DNA from: Flavobacteriales bacterium
Lineage (GTDB): Bacteria; Bacteroidota; Bacteroidia; M30B66
Direction: 5' to 3'
NCBI GenBank assembly: GCA_046294625.1
Contig: JBKBKN010000020.1
Location: forward strand, 1 to 64,000
DNA: 64,000 bases
A model generated the notes under the pieces. The model worked only from the letters and a program-made list of their open reading frames with translations. It did no database searches and was not told the DNA's origin. How positions within the stretch are numbered: position 1 is the first letter of the stretch; each line of letters begins with the position of its first letter. A program made the position numbers and the translations under genes. Positions 1 to 9,486 of this stretch are shown piece by piece.

Positions 1-19
1 GAAGCGAAAACTACATTCT

Positions 20-1219
20 TTGCTAATAGGAGCCAGCCTGTTATGGTCTATTACATTTTTACAAGCACAAGTACCACAGGCAATCAATTACCAAGCCATA
101 GCGCGCACCGGTAATGGTAGTTTGCTGCCAAATCAATCTTTACAAATTAGAATTTCAATTTTAGGCGGATCGCCTCAGGGGCCACTGCAGTATCAGGAAA
201 CACAGAATGTTACAACCAATCAGTTTGGCTTGTTCACAGCGAAAATTGGTCAGGGTACAGTTGTTTCCGGAGTTTTTCAGGATATTCCGTGGAATCAGGG
301 GAATCAGTGGGTAAGAGTAGAATTAAATCAAAACAACAATTTCGTGCAAATAGGCGAAGTCGAATTACTATCTGTTCCTTATGCACTTTTTGCTCAGTTT
401 GCTGCCAATGGCGGTGGCGGAGGAGGTGAGCCTGGTCCTCCAGGACCAGCAGGTCCACAGGGGCCACAAGGGCCGCCAGGTACTGATGGTGCCCAAGGTC
501 CTCCTGGACCACAAGGACCGGCAGGTCCACAAGGTCCGCAAGGAGAAACAGGACCGCAAGGTCCACAAGGGCCTCCCGGAAGTGGTGGTACCGGAGAGCC
601 TTCATGGGAATTGTTAGGCAACACTGCAACCAATCCAAGCACCAATTTCCTAGGCACAACGGATAATCAGCCATTAAATATCAGAACCAATAACCAAAAC
701 AGAGTGCATGTTGCCGCAGATGGAAGAGTTGGAATAAACAATCCAGCTCCAGATCAAACAGCGATGCTCGATATAGTATCCAGCAATCGTGGTATCATGA
801 TTCCCCGTGTAGCATTAACAGCAAGAAATAATCCCGCTCCAGTAACTAATCCGGCAAACTCACTTCTTATTTACAACACAGAAACATCAGGAACAGAACC
901 TAATGTTGTTTTTCCGGGGTATTATTACTGGGATGTTGATCGTTGGAGACGATTGGCCTCTGCTAGAATCGACCGATACTTTTATCCACCAACAAATATC
1001 AATGCTAACACCACATACACGGTAACAGGACTAGTCGATGGAATATTGCCTAGCAGCTCTGTTTTTGTCACTGTTATTGGTGAATGGCCAACCATGCCGC
1101 TCGTAGAAATAGACTATGTGGAAGCTAGAACCAATGAAGTGCGTTTCAGAGTAAGAAACACTTCTCTTACAGTTACTTATCAGCAAATGGAATTCATGAT
1201 CACCGTAATCAGACCTTAA
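20..1219 (+). CDS. Secreted collagen-like (G-X-Y repeat) protein; N-terminus probably begins at or just before the window edge
   Basis: The frame is open from nt 2 with no stop, and the track start at 20 is TTG. Residues ..[18 protein letters not shown] form a signal-peptide h-region with a Bacteroidota-style AQ cleavage context. An uninterrupted [49 protein letters not shown] run (~nt 420-590) follows a GGGGGG linker. It is flanked by a ~120-aa N-terminal and a ~210-aa C-terminal non-collagen domain. Confidence 0.6.
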   Translation: MLIGASLLWSITFLQAQVPQAINYQAIARTGNGSLLPNQSLQIRISILGGSPQGPLQYQETQNVTTNQFGLFTAKIGQGTVVSGVFQDIPWNQGNQWVRVELNQNNNFVQIGEVELLSVPYALFAQFAANGGGGGGEPGPPGPAGPQGPQGPPGTDGAQGPPGPQGPAGPQGPQGETGPQGPQGPPGSGGTGEPSWELLGNTATNPSTNFLGTTDNQPLNIRTNNQNRVHVAADGRVGINNPAPDQTAMLDIVSSNRGIMIPRVALTARNNPAPVTNPANSLLIYNTETSGTEPNVVFPGYYYWDVDRWRRLASARIDRYFYPPTNINANTTYTVTGLVDGILPSSSVFVTVIGEWPTMPLVEIDYVEARTNEVRFRVRNTSLTVTYQQMEFMITVIRP

Positions 1220-1222
1220 GTT

Positions 1223-1600
1223 ATGATGAGATACAGTTTAATGTCGCTATTTTTGTTTGTTTTTGCCATGCTCAATGCACAGCAAGAGGTTAGCAGAAAT
1301 ACAAATGCTTCCAGCATCATCCACGAAGACAAGTCGGTGGTATTGCCTGCAATAAAGTTAGAAATGGCAGATGAAGAAGCTATAGATGCTGCTCGTGCAC
1401 GCAAGGGAAACTATGTTTTCTCTGCCCAAGCTATTAGAGAACAGGAAACATCTGTGGTTCAAATTTCTTCTAAACTTATATCGGCAGAACATTATCAGTC
1501 CAATGCCAAACCAGCTTTTAAAGTTGATGAAAGCGCCAAAGTGTCCTTTAATGATTTGAAGGTAATAGAACTCAAGGCCAGGCTTATTCCCTTTGATTAA
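1223..1600 (+). CDS. Hypothetical secreted protein
   Basis: N-terminal signal peptide MMRYSLMSLFLFVFAMLNAQ. It starts 4 nt after the collagen-like gene stop, so it is probably co-transcribed. I recognised no domain. Confidence 0.4.
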   Translation: MMRYSLMSLFLFVFAMLNAQQEVSRNTNASSIIHEDKSVVLPAIKLEMADEEAIDAARARKGNYVFSAQAIREQETSVVQISSKLISAEHYQSNAKPAFKVDESAKVSFNDLKVIELKARLIPFD

Positions 1601-1693
1601 TATTTTTTAAATAATATCGTTCTGCATGACGTTCAATCCTTAACATTGGCGAAGTCAATAATTTTTTTATCATTGCCTCCATAAATTAACTGT

Positions 1694-1903
1694 ATGCCTT
1701 GGGTAAAGATTTATGAAGATAGAATGATGCAGAACATAGCCATGGTGCGACACACGCTTGATGAAGCGGAGATAGAACACAATACTATCAATAACATCAG
1801 TAATTTATATCCTACTTTAGGAGAGATTGAAATTTATGTTCAGGATAGGGATGTGATTAAGGCCAAGCAATTAATCGATAAATTAATGGATGACCATGAG
1901 TAA
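1694..1903 (+). CDS. DUF2007-like small protein (putative signal-transducing protein fold)
   Basis: A 69-aa product with the pattern W-x-I...A-x-M-V...L-x-E-A-x-I...N-x-Y-P-x-L-G-E-I-E-I-Y-V...A-K-x-L-I, which matches DUF2007 family members from memory. Its stop overlaps the cdsA start. Confidence 0.45.
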   Translation: MPWVKIYEDRMMQNIAMVRHTLDEAEIEHNTINNISNLYPTLGEIEIYVQDRDVIKAKQLIDKLMDDHE

Positions 1904-2714
1904 TTTGAACACAAGAATCATCACGGCCATTATTTTTGGAACTGTATTAATCGGGAGTATATTTCTCAGCCCTTATTCACTCATTATCCTTTGTTTAGTA
2001 ATCAGCACTTATTCATCATTTGAGTTTAATAGTTTGTTGGTAAAGCACAAAGGCTCATCACTTGATCCCTTTTTTCAAAGTGCCATTGTTGCTTCTTTTT
2101 TTCTGATAGCCCTCTTTAGTTATTGGGATATCATTGATCCTAATGATGCTTTCATCATTTTTCCAATCATGATGGTGAACATAACCTTCGTGCTTTTCAA
2201 CAGAAATGCTAAACCCTTGCTTGATATCGGAAGCTTGAGCATACAGCTTTTCTATCTTGCCGCTCCATTACTAATGCTTTGTGTCACCGCTCTCCCCAAG
2301 GGTCTTGATGGTGATTACAGACCTTGGATGGTCATGAGTTTTTTCATTTTCATATGGGCTTCTGATGTAGGTGCTTATTTTGTAGGCAAGTATTTTGGTA
2401 AACGCAAGCTTTTTGAACGAATATCGCCCAAAAAAACTATTGAAGGGTTTATAGGGGGGGCTGTTTTAGCCGCTATTTGTGGTATTGTGTTGGCTGAATA
2501 CATGCATGAGTTCTCCTACACCAAAGGAATTATACTTGGTGTATTGCTGTCTTTTATGGGTACAATGGGCGATTTGGTGGAGTCGATGATCAAAAGAGAA
2601 TTAGACATCAAAGATTCTGGTTCAATTCTCCCCGGGCATGGCGGCTTTTTAGACCGTTTCGATTCTACCTATTTTGCTGCACCGTTTTATTTCTTCATTG
2701 TAATGTTCAGATAG
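1890..2714 (+). CDS. cdsA: Phosphatidate cytidylyltransferase
   Basis: Multi-TM protein with the C-terminal CdsA signature SGSILPGHGGFLDRFDS and the KRxxxxKDSG-type motif (KRELDIKDSG). Confidence 0.85.
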   Translation: MTMSNLNTRIITAIIFGTVLIGSIFLSPYSLIILCLVISTYSSFEFNSLLVKHKGSSLDPFFQSAIVASFFLIALFSYWDIIDPNDAFIIFPIMMVNITFVLFNRNAKPLLDIGSLSIQLFYLAAPLLMLCVTALPKGLDGDYRPWMVMSFFIFIWASDVGAYFVGKYFGKRKLFERISPKKTIEGFIGGAVLAAICGIVLAEYMHEFSYTKGIILGVLLSFMGTMGDLVESMIKRELDIKDSGSILPGHGGFLDRFDSTYFAAPFYFFIVMFR

Positions 2715-2934
2715 CAGTGGCTGTGGCGTGCATGCTTCTAAATATTTCCGTTATTTTCTCAAGTAATGAATCATTGATTTTTTGCTTTAAGTCTTCAAGT
2801 CCCGCAAAGTCGTCCTGATCCCATTTGTAAGTCTGCTCATAAGGTCCGGCTTCAAATTTCACCAGATACTTGTTGTTCATCACAAAAAAAGATATTTTAA
2901 AAGCGGGGTGACTGATTTGGTCAACAATTCTCAT
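2707..2934 (-). CDS. Small hypothetical protein (possibly shorter, starting at internal MNNKYLV)
   Basis: ORF only, convergent with and overlapping the cdsA stop by 8 nt. No recognisable motif. Confidence 0.2.
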   Translation of the reverse strand: MRIVDQISHPAFKISFFVMNNKYLVKFEAGPYEQTYKWDQDDFAGLEDLKQKINDSLLEKITEIFRSMHATATAI

Positions 2935-3057
2935 GTTTCAGTTGATTTTTTGCCAAAGTTAATTGAGAATTATGGAGAATGAATTGAAGGCGCTTCTAAA
3001 TTCGCAGATAATGTCATTTCTTTGGCTCATGTTTGAATGTGAAATATCGAGTTAGCG

Positions 3058-4350
3058 TTGGAGAACCATCAAATTAAAATAGCCATATTTGGTCCTGGAC
3101 CTGCATTTAAAGGAGGTATTGCTCATTTCAGCATGTCATTGGCCGCTGCTTTTAGCGAATTAGCCAATACGCAGGTCTATTTCTTTAGCTGGAAAAATCA
3201 GTACCCATCGATTATTCCCAGAGATTTTAAAGATAAGACCAGTAAGGATAATCCGCTTGATCAACATCATATCCGACCAGCCTATTTGCTTGATTTTAAT
3301 AATCCGCTCAGTTGGAAGTACACTGCTTTAAAAATTGCTGAAGTGAAACCCAACTTATTAATTGTGCAATGGGCAATCGCTATTCAAGGATTACCCTTGA
3401 GTGCAATGTTGAAGCGATTCAAAAAACTTATGCCTGATTGTCAAATCATATTTGATGTGCACAATGTGGTTCAAAAAGAAAACAGTAGAATAGACAGATA
3501 TTTTACAAGAAAAGCCTTTGCATTAGCGAACAAATTCATTGTTCATGGCGATTTAACGGTAACGGAATTTCAATCTTTCTTTCCTGATTGGGAAGTAAAA
3601 GTGGGGTCGGAAGGTTTTAATTATACTGAACCAACGCGTCAGATTTTAAAACTCTACCATCCAAATTATGAACTTTTTGATGGCTATCAGGAATTCGATG
3701 TGACTGAATTTAAAAATAAACTGGGACTTAAAGGATTTGTGTTTTTATTTTTCGGTTTCATAAGACCATACAAAGGGTTGCACCATGTTTTAAGGGCTTT
3801 TGCAGAATTCAGTAAGAAATATCCCGATTGCACCTTATTGATAGCGGGTGAATCGTTTTGGGCCAAAGCCCAATCGGGTTCATGGCCCCAAAAATTGCAA
3901 AACTTTGTTTTTGGTTTTATTAAGCGTCTGTTAATGGGCAAGGGGAATAATGATGCTGATTATCAACCACTGAAATTAGTCGCGGAACTCGGTATTGAAG
4001 ATCGGGTGGTGACGGTGAATACTTTTATACCCAACGAAGCAGTGCATCAGTACTTTAAAGCATCGGATGCTGTACTTAATTTTTATGAATATGCAACGCC
4101 AAGTGGAATAGAATCGATTGCCTATCAGTTTGGTGTACAAATCGTTGCTACTCCCGTTGGTCATTTCAGGTATGCCATTAAGTCCGGAATAAACGGCTAT
4201 CTCTCCGAAGGATTTGAAACAGCCCAATTGCTTAAGGCCATGGAAGCAGCGTGTCATCAACCCATAGCTAAAGAAAAAGTAAAAGACTATGCATGCCAGT
4301 TTTCTTGGAAAAATTATGTTTCGGCTATTTTAAATGGTTGGAATAAATGA
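3058..4350 (+). CDS. Glycosyltransferase, GT4 / group-1 family
   Basis: TTG start. C-terminal half carries the group-1 glycosyltransferase nucleotide-sugar binding pattern (E-x-F-G...GIESIAYQFGVQIVATPVGHF...GINGYL). N-terminal G-rich FGPGPAFKGGIAHF is typical of the GT4 acceptor domain. Confidence 0.6.
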   Translation: MENHQIKIAIFGPGPAFKGGIAHFSMSLAAAFSELANTQVYFFSWKNQYPSIIPRDFKDKTSKDNPLDQHHIRPAYLLDFNNPLSWKYTALKIAEVKPNLLIVQWAIAIQGLPLSAMLKRFKKLMPDCQIIFDVHNVVQKENSRIDRYFTRKAFALANKFIVHGDLTVTEFQSFFPDWEVKVGSEGFNYTEPTRQILKLYHPNYELFDGYQEFDVTEFKNKLGLKGFVFLFFGFIRPYKGLHHVLRAFAEFSKKYPDCTLLIAGESFWAKAQSGSWPQKLQNFVFGFIKRLLMGKGNNDADYQPLKLVAELGIEDRVVTVNTFIPNEAVHQYFKASDAVLNFYEYATPSGIESIAYQFGVQIVATPVGHFRYAIKSGINGYLSEGFETAQLLKAMEAACHQPIAKEKVKDYACQFSWKNYVSAILNGWNK

Positions 4351-4363
4351 TGCTGAATAAAAA

Positions 4364-5323
4364 TCAATCAGAAAACCATTTTCCAAATTTTGCCAAGTCC
4401 ACATTTCCGCCGCTTAAAATAATCCCAACTCTTTTTCCTTCAAAAAGCTTTTGATGTTTGATGGCTGCTGCCAAAGGGACTGCGCAGCTTGGTTCAATTA
4501 CTATTTTCATGCGCTCATACACCAACCGCAAAGCGGATAAAATTTCCTGGTCATTGACCAGTAATATGTCAGACACATGATTTCGAATGTGAAACAAGGT
4601 TCGTTCGCTTAGAGAGGTTAGAAGCCCGTCGGCAATTGTATCCACATAAGGCGCTTTTTCTACTGTTCCTGAATGAAAGGAGCGAATTGCATCTGCTGCA
4701 CCTTCAGGCTCAGCACCTAAAACATTTCCTTTGGGAAGCCAGTGAGCTACGCTAAGGGCTGTGCCTGACAATAGTCCACCTCCACCCACAGGAGCCATCA
4801 CGATATCAAGATGATCCATATCTTCAATCAACTCTTTAGCAACCGTGGCCTGACCGGCAATTACATGATCATGATCGTAAGGCGGTATGAATGTTGCACC
4901 TGTTTCAGCATGCAATTTTTTTGCCGCTTGTTCTCGCGCTGCTTGGTTGGGTTCGCAAAAAATTACTTTGGCTCCATAACCTTTCACAGCATTCACCTTC
5001 ACTTTGGGCGAGGTGCTTGGCATAACAATGTAGGCAGCAGTTCCTAAAATTTTAGCAGCATAGGCAATGGCCTGAGCATGGTTACCCGAAGAGTGCGTTA
5101 AAAGCCCATGTTTCAGTTGACCTTTATCAATTTGCAAGACAGCATTCATTGCACCTCTGATTTTGAAGGCACCAATTTTTTGAAAATTTTCGCACTTGAA
5201 AAAAACTTCAGCCTTCAATAGTTTATCTACTGTTGCAGAAGTGAAAACTGGGGTTCGGTGTACATATTGAACAATGCGTTGATGCGCATCTGCAATATCA
5301 TTCTTAGATATGGGATTAATCAT
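4364..5323 (-). CDS. PLP-dependent threonine/serine dehydratase family enzyme (threonine ammonia-lyase / serine racemase-like)
   Basis: PLP-lysine motif FKIRGA, SSGNHAQA, and the glycine-rich loop VGGGGLLSG of fold-type II PLP enzymes. ~320 aa, a catabolic-type enzyme without an ACT domain. Confidence 0.7.
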   Translation of the reverse strand: MINPISKNDIADAHQRIVQYVHRTPVFTSATVDKLLKAEVFFKCENFQKIGAFKIRGAMNAVLQIDKGQLKHGLLTHSSGNHAQAIAYAAKILGTAAYIVMPSTSPKVKVNAVKGYGAKVIFCEPNQAAREQAAKKLHAETGATFIPPYDHDHVIAGQATVAKELIEDMDHLDIVMAPVGGGGLLSGTALSVAHWLPKGNVLGAEPEGAADAIRSFHSGTVEKAPYVDTIADGLLTSLSERTLFHIRNHVSDILLVNDQEILSALRLVYERMKIVIEPSCAVPLAAAIKHQKLFEGKRVGIILSGGNVDLAKFGKWFSD

Positions 5324-5885
5324 TTTTTGAACTGTTGTCTGCTTTGGATTGAATCACTTCTGTTTTGCGGTTAAACATCCACCAGGCCATGTAGCAGAAA
5401 AACATACCAAGAATCAATGTGTAAAGGCCAACAAGCGTCAGAAAATCCAATGAACCCATTTCGGGGTTGAAAAAAAGCATTAACCCAAAACCTGCTGATA
5501 CAGCTGCATTGATGCCTATGAGCACTTTAAATTTTACCGCTTTGAAGGCTACATAAGCTAAACTAAAACCAGTTGCAATGGCAAAAACTGAGATAAGTTT
5601 AACAAAAATGATGGTTGTACCTTGGGTATTTATCAGGATGTAAATTCCAATCAGTAAATCAATGATGGCTAAGGCACTGATTTGCCACCAGTTTGGGCTT
5701 CTTTTTCGTTGTGCAATTCCAAACAACAATCCGATAGCCCCTAAAAGAATGAGTAGTATGGCAAACAATGTTAACGGTGCTTGAAGACTCGTGGACTTTG
5801 AAGTGAGTAGGTTGTAGCCAAGTATGAGAAAAACGATACCATGAGAAGCGGCAAGCCAAGCATTTGATTTTAAAAAACGATTCAT
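5316..5885 (-). CDS. HdeD-like (DUF308) integral membrane protein
   Basis: 189 aa with six evenly spaced hydrophobic helices and the repetitive GxxxG-rich pattern typical of the HdeD/DUF308 family. Overlaps the upstream dehydratase gene by 8 nt. Confidence 0.35.
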   Translation of the reverse strand: MNRFLKSNAWLAASHGIVFLILGYNLLTSKSTSLQAPLTLFAILLILLGAIGLLFGIAQRKRSPNWWQISALAIIDLLIGIYILINTQGTTIIFVKLISVFAIATGFSLAYVAFKAVKFKVLIGINAAVSAGFGLMLFFNPEMGSLDFLTLVGLYTLILGMFFCYMAWWMFNRKTEVIQSKADNSSKND

Positions 5886-6035
5886 TGGGTGAAAATTTCA
5901 TGCACAAGTTTAAGGATTTTTTGGATATGGCTTATTTCAGGTCTAATGACCCTACCGATGTTTCGGGGTGATGACAAATCGTTGTTATTTTTTTGCTTTT
6001 TTTTAAGTTCGTTGAATGCCAATGATGCCTTATAA

Positions 6036-6461
6036 TTGCAAGCTGATATCATGCGCACCGTAATTCTCAAAACAGCCACTAAATACATGCTACATTTGCT
6101 GCTGCTGTTTTCTATTTTCATACTGCTTCGAGGGCATTATCTACCGGGAGGTGGTTTTGTAGGTGGACTTGTAGCATCCATAGCATTCATATTGCATGCT
6201 TTTGCCTTTGGGAAAGAAGAAACCAAAGATTTTTTAAGGGTCCACCCCGGATTTCTAATTCCTGTCGGATTGAGTGTTTCGCTCATTAGTGGAGCTTTGC
6301 CACTTTTAGTAGGTTCACCCTTTATGACGGGCTTGTGGTATCCGGATGCATTCCCGGTGATTGGCATGGTGGGAACAGCATTGTTTTTCGATATCGGTGT
6401 TTACATTGTAGTAATCGGGGTAAGTCTAACTATTATTTTTACCATAGCAGAAGCAGTTTAA
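6036..6461 (+). CDS. mrpB: Na+/H+ antiporter Mrp/Mnh subunit B
   Basis: ~140-aa polytopic protein with the MnhB hallmark GGGFVGGL. It is the first gene of a cluster of overlapping or abutting Mrp subunits. Confidence 0.7.
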   Translation: MQADIMRTVILKTATKYMLHLLLLFSIFILLRGHYLPGGGFVGGLVASIAFILHAFAFGKEETKDFLRVHPGFLIPVGLSVSLISGALPLLVGSPFMTGLWYPDAFPVIGMVGTALFFDIGVYIVVIGVSLTIIFTIAEAV

Positions 6462-6464
6462 GGA

Positions 6465-6818
6465 ATGGAATTACTCTTAGCCATCATGATTGGAATTTTG
6501 TATGCTTCTGGGCTGTATATGATCATGCGGCGAAGTTTGGTTAAAATTATTATTGGTTTGATTCTGTTGGGAAATGGAGCTAATATTTTAATTTTTCTTT
6601 TGGGTAGAATAGCCAAAGGCAAACCGCCAATCATTCCAGAAGCATCGAAAGTTTTCACAGATGTGTATGCCGATCCGTTGCCTCAAGCACTGATTCTCAC
6701 TGCCATTGTAATTAGTTTTGGCCTTCAGGCTTTTGCCATAGTACTCATCAAGCGGGTGTATAGAGTCGTTGGAACCGATGATCTTGACCAGATTAATCAG
6801 AAAGGGGAGGAAATATGA
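6465..6818 (+). CDS. mrpC: Na+/H+ antiporter Mrp/Mnh subunit C (NuoK-like)
   Basis: 117 aa with 3 TM helices, NuoK/MnhC-like, in position directly after mrpB. Confidence 0.7.
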   Translation: MELLLAIMIGILYASGLYMIMRRSLVKIIIGLILLGNGANILIFLLGRIAKGKPPIIPEASKVFTDVYADPLPQALILTAIVISFGLQAFAIVLIKRVYRVVGTDDLDQINQKGEEI

Positions 6819-8332
6819 CGGAGAATCTCATCATCCTTCCTGTGATTTTTCAATTGGCATTGGCTGTGCTATTGATTTTCTTTTGGAATAGAGTCAATAC
6901 TCAAAAGTACATCTCTGTTATTGGAAGCGCGATTGCTTTGGGCATTTCGATATGGTTGTTTCATACTTTATGGAATGGACCAATCCTGATCATGCAAGCC
7001 GCAGGTTGGAAAGCCCCTTTTGGAATCTCTTTTGTCGTCGATGCCTTAGCTGCGACATTGGTGCTGCTTACTTCGATAGCCGGTTTTGCGGTGAGCATTT
7101 TTTCAACGGTTACCATTAGCAAACTCAGAATGCAGTTTGGCTATTTTCCTATACTACATTTCCTTTTGATGGGTTTAATGGGAGCTTTCCTCACGGGTGA
7201 TATTTTTAATCTCTATGTTTGGTTTGAGATTATCATCATAGCATCCTTTGTCATGATGACATTAGGAGGAGAAAAACCTCAGATCGAAGGTGCGATTAAT
7301 TATGTTACGATGAACTTGCTGGCATCAGCCATTTTCTTAACAGCAATAGGGGTATTGTATGGCTTAGCCGGTACTTTGAACATGGCAGACCTCGCCATTC
7401 AAGTGGCAAAAATCGAAAATCGCGGTTTGGTAAATGTAACTGCAATTTTGTTTCTGGTAGGTTTTGGGATTAAATCAGCCGTTTTTCCGCTTTATTTCTG
7501 GCTCCCGGCATCTTATCATACTCCACCATCAGCTGTTGCGGCTATCTTCGGTGGTTTATTGACTAAAGTTGGGGTATATGCACTACTTCGTGTATTCTGT
7601 CTTATTTTTATTCCTGATAACTTCATGCTGAATTTGATGTTGTCTATTGCTGTTTTCACAATGATTTCAGGAGCATTAGGCGCTTTGATTCAGCAAAACA
7701 TTCGCAAGCTGTTTTCTTATCTGATTATTTGTCATATAGGTTTCATGATTGCAGGTCTTGGCATGTTTACGGAATGGGCAATTGTTGGATCTGTATTTTA
7801 TCTCATTCATGATGTTATTGCCAAAACCAATGTATTCCTAATTTTAGGAGTTATTTTCAAAATAAAGGGAAGCTACAAACTCAAAGAATTGGGCGGACTT
7901 TACAAATCCTATCCCACACTTTCCTTATTAATGGCTTTGGCTTTGTTTTCCTTGGTAGGAATCCCTCCTTTATCTGGTTTTTGGCCGAAACTCTATTTGT
8001 TTGAAGCCGGATTTACGAATGAACAGTATTGGATCATCGGCAGTGTATTATTTGCCAGCTTTATCACTTTATGGGTGGTAGCAAAGTTTTGGGCGGAAGC
8101 TTTCTGGAAACCCTACACCGACAGGCATGAGTTGGTAGATGAATTTATTTATTACAACGAGCTGAGACCTTCCAAGAAAATATTGATGATTGCCCCTGTA
8201 GTTATGCTTACTGCAGTGTCACTCTATATTGGACTTGGAGCAGAAAATATCATTGTATTATCAAAGAAAATAGCACATGAACTCATGCATACTGAAATTT
8301 ATATTGATGCTGTACTGAGTGGACGACAATAA
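6815..8332 (+). CDS. mrpD: Na+/H+ antiporter Mrp/Mnh subunit D (NuoN/NuoL-like)
   Basis: 505 aa with ~14 TM helices and the complex-I antiporter-like subunit pattern (WLPxAxxxPxPxSAxxxxxLLTKxGxYxLLR). Overlaps mrpC by 4 nt. Confidence 0.8.
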   Translation: MTENLIILPVIFQLALAVLLIFFWNRVNTQKYISVIGSAIALGISIWLFHTLWNGPILIMQAAGWKAPFGISFVVDALAATLVLLTSIAGFAVSIFSTVTISKLRMQFGYFPILHFLLMGLMGAFLTGDIFNLYVWFEIIIIASFVMMTLGGEKPQIEGAINYVTMNLLASAIFLTAIGVLYGLAGTLNMADLAIQVAKIENRGLVNVTAILFLVGFGIKSAVFPLYFWLPASYHTPPSAVAAIFGGLLTKVGVYALLRVFCLIFIPDNFMLNLMLSIAVFTMISGALGALIQQNIRKLFSYLIICHIGFMIAGLGMFTEWAIVGSVFYLIHDVIAKTNVFLILGVIFKIKGSYKLKELGGLYKSYPTLSLLMALALFSLVGIPPLSGFWPKLYLFEAGFTNEQYWIIGSVLFASFITLWVVAKFWAEAFWKPYTDRHELVDEFIYYNELRPSKKILMIAPVVMLTAVSLYIGLGAENIIVLSKKIAHELMHTEIYIDAVLSGRQ

Positions 8333-8334
8333 TT

Positions 8335-8817
8335 TTGAATATGGTCAAAAAACTGTTAATGAACATTTTGCTCACCCTTGTTTGGATGGCGCTCACCGGC
8401 AAATTCTCCGGAGCCAATTTCCTGTTTGGGCTTGTTCTGAGTTTCTCCATCATGTGGATTATAAGCAGAAATGATGAAGATCAACGGTATTTCAGAAGAC
8501 TTCCCGCCATTATTAATTTGATCTTCTTTTTCATCTATGAGTTAATCAAGGCCAATATTCAGGTCGCTTATGATGTGATTACCCCTAAGTTTTATATGCA
8601 ACCGGGTATAGTGGCGATACCGCTTACAGTGGAAACCGATTTGGAAATTACCCTGCTCGCTAATATGATCACACTTACCCCGGGCACTTGCAGTCTGGAT
8701 GTGTCGCCTGATAAAAAGATATTGTACGTACATGCTATGTATATCAACGATAAGGAGTCCTTTATTGAAAGTATAAAAAACGGATTTGAGCAAAAAATTT
8801 TACGAATCATGCGATAA
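8335..8817 (+). CDS. mrpE: Na+/H+ antiporter Mrp/Mnh subunit E
   Basis: 160 aa with two N-terminal TM helices and a soluble tail, at the canonical position in the mrp order. Confidence 0.65.
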   Translation: MNMVKKLLMNILLTLVWMALTGKFSGANFLFGLVLSFSIMWIISRNDEDQRYFRRLPAIINLIFFFIYELIKANIQVAYDVITPKFYMQPGIVAIPLTVETDLEITLLANMITLTPGTCSLDVSPDKKILYVHAMYINDKESFIESIKNGFEQKILRIMR

Positions 8818-8843
8818 ACTCTGTAAACATAATTTGACAGCGA

Positions 8844-9116
8844 ATGAATCTCTATGACTTTCTTTATTACATTATCTTACCGGCATTAAGCATATCCATA
8901 ATGCTGGTGTTCGTTCGTTTTATCAAAGGTCCTGATATTGTAGATCGGGTATTAGCGCTCGACCTAATCATCACCATTGGTTTAGGTCTGATAACATGCT
9001 ACAGCATCATTTATGATCAACCTACCTTTTTGGATATTGGACTGATATTAGCTTTGATTGCCTTTCTCGGCACCATTGCATTTTCTTATTATCTTGAAAA
9101 ACGTGCTAAAAAATGA
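8844..9116 (+). CDS. mrpF: Na+/H+ antiporter Mrp/Mnh subunit F
   Basis: 90 aa with 3 TM helices, in the canonical mrpF position. Confidence 0.65.
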   Translation: MNLYDFLYYIILPALSISIMLVFVRFIKGPDIVDRVLALDLIITIGLGLITCYSIIYDQPTFLDIGLILALIAFLGTIAFSYYLEKRAKK

Positions 9117-9460
9117 GAGATCTGTTAATCATGATACTATGTGGCTCCGGCACCTTATTTATTTTATTGGCCGCAATTGGCATGTTAAGAATGCCTGATT
9201 TTTACACTCGCACATCGGTAACCACCAAGGCTGTTACTTTAGGTTTAGGATTAATTCTAGCTGGTGCAGCTGTTTATTTTTCACAGATAGATGTTACATC
9301 AAGAGTGTTAGCCATTATTCTCTTTTTGATTTTAACTGCGCCGGTTGGCGCCCATATGATTGGGAGGGCAGCTTATCGCACCGGCAGTAAAATGTGGGAA
9401 AAGTCCGTTATGGATGATATGAAAGATGTGTATCAAGACAATCAGTCAAAGGAGAAATAA
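9113..9460 (+). CDS. mrpG: Na+/H+ antiporter Mrp/Mnh subunit G
   Basis: 115 aa with 3 TM helices plus a charged C-terminal tail. Overlaps mrpF by 4 nt. Confidence 0.65.
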   Translation: MRDLLIMILCGSGTLFILLAAIGMLRMPDFYTRTSVTTKAVTLGLGLILAGAAVYFSQIDVTSRVLAIILFLILTAPVGAHMIGRAAYRTGSKMWEKSVMDDMKDVYQDNQSKEK

Positions 9461-9486
9461 CAAATTCTTCTCGCACAAAATTTCTT

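Noticed and set aside
234-674. Antisense ORFs (234..674, 368..568, 394..657 minus; 381..617 plus) inside the collagen-like gene
   Set aside because: They are artefacts of the GC-rich G-X-Y repeat DNA, which is open in several frames. The 394..657 product is just the mirrored Pro/Gly/Cys-rich translation of the repeat.
5659-6121. 82-aa and 79-aa minus-strand ORFs near the HdeD-like gene and mrpB promoter
   Set aside because: They overlap a better-supported membrane-protein gene or an AT-rich intergenic region. No motifs.
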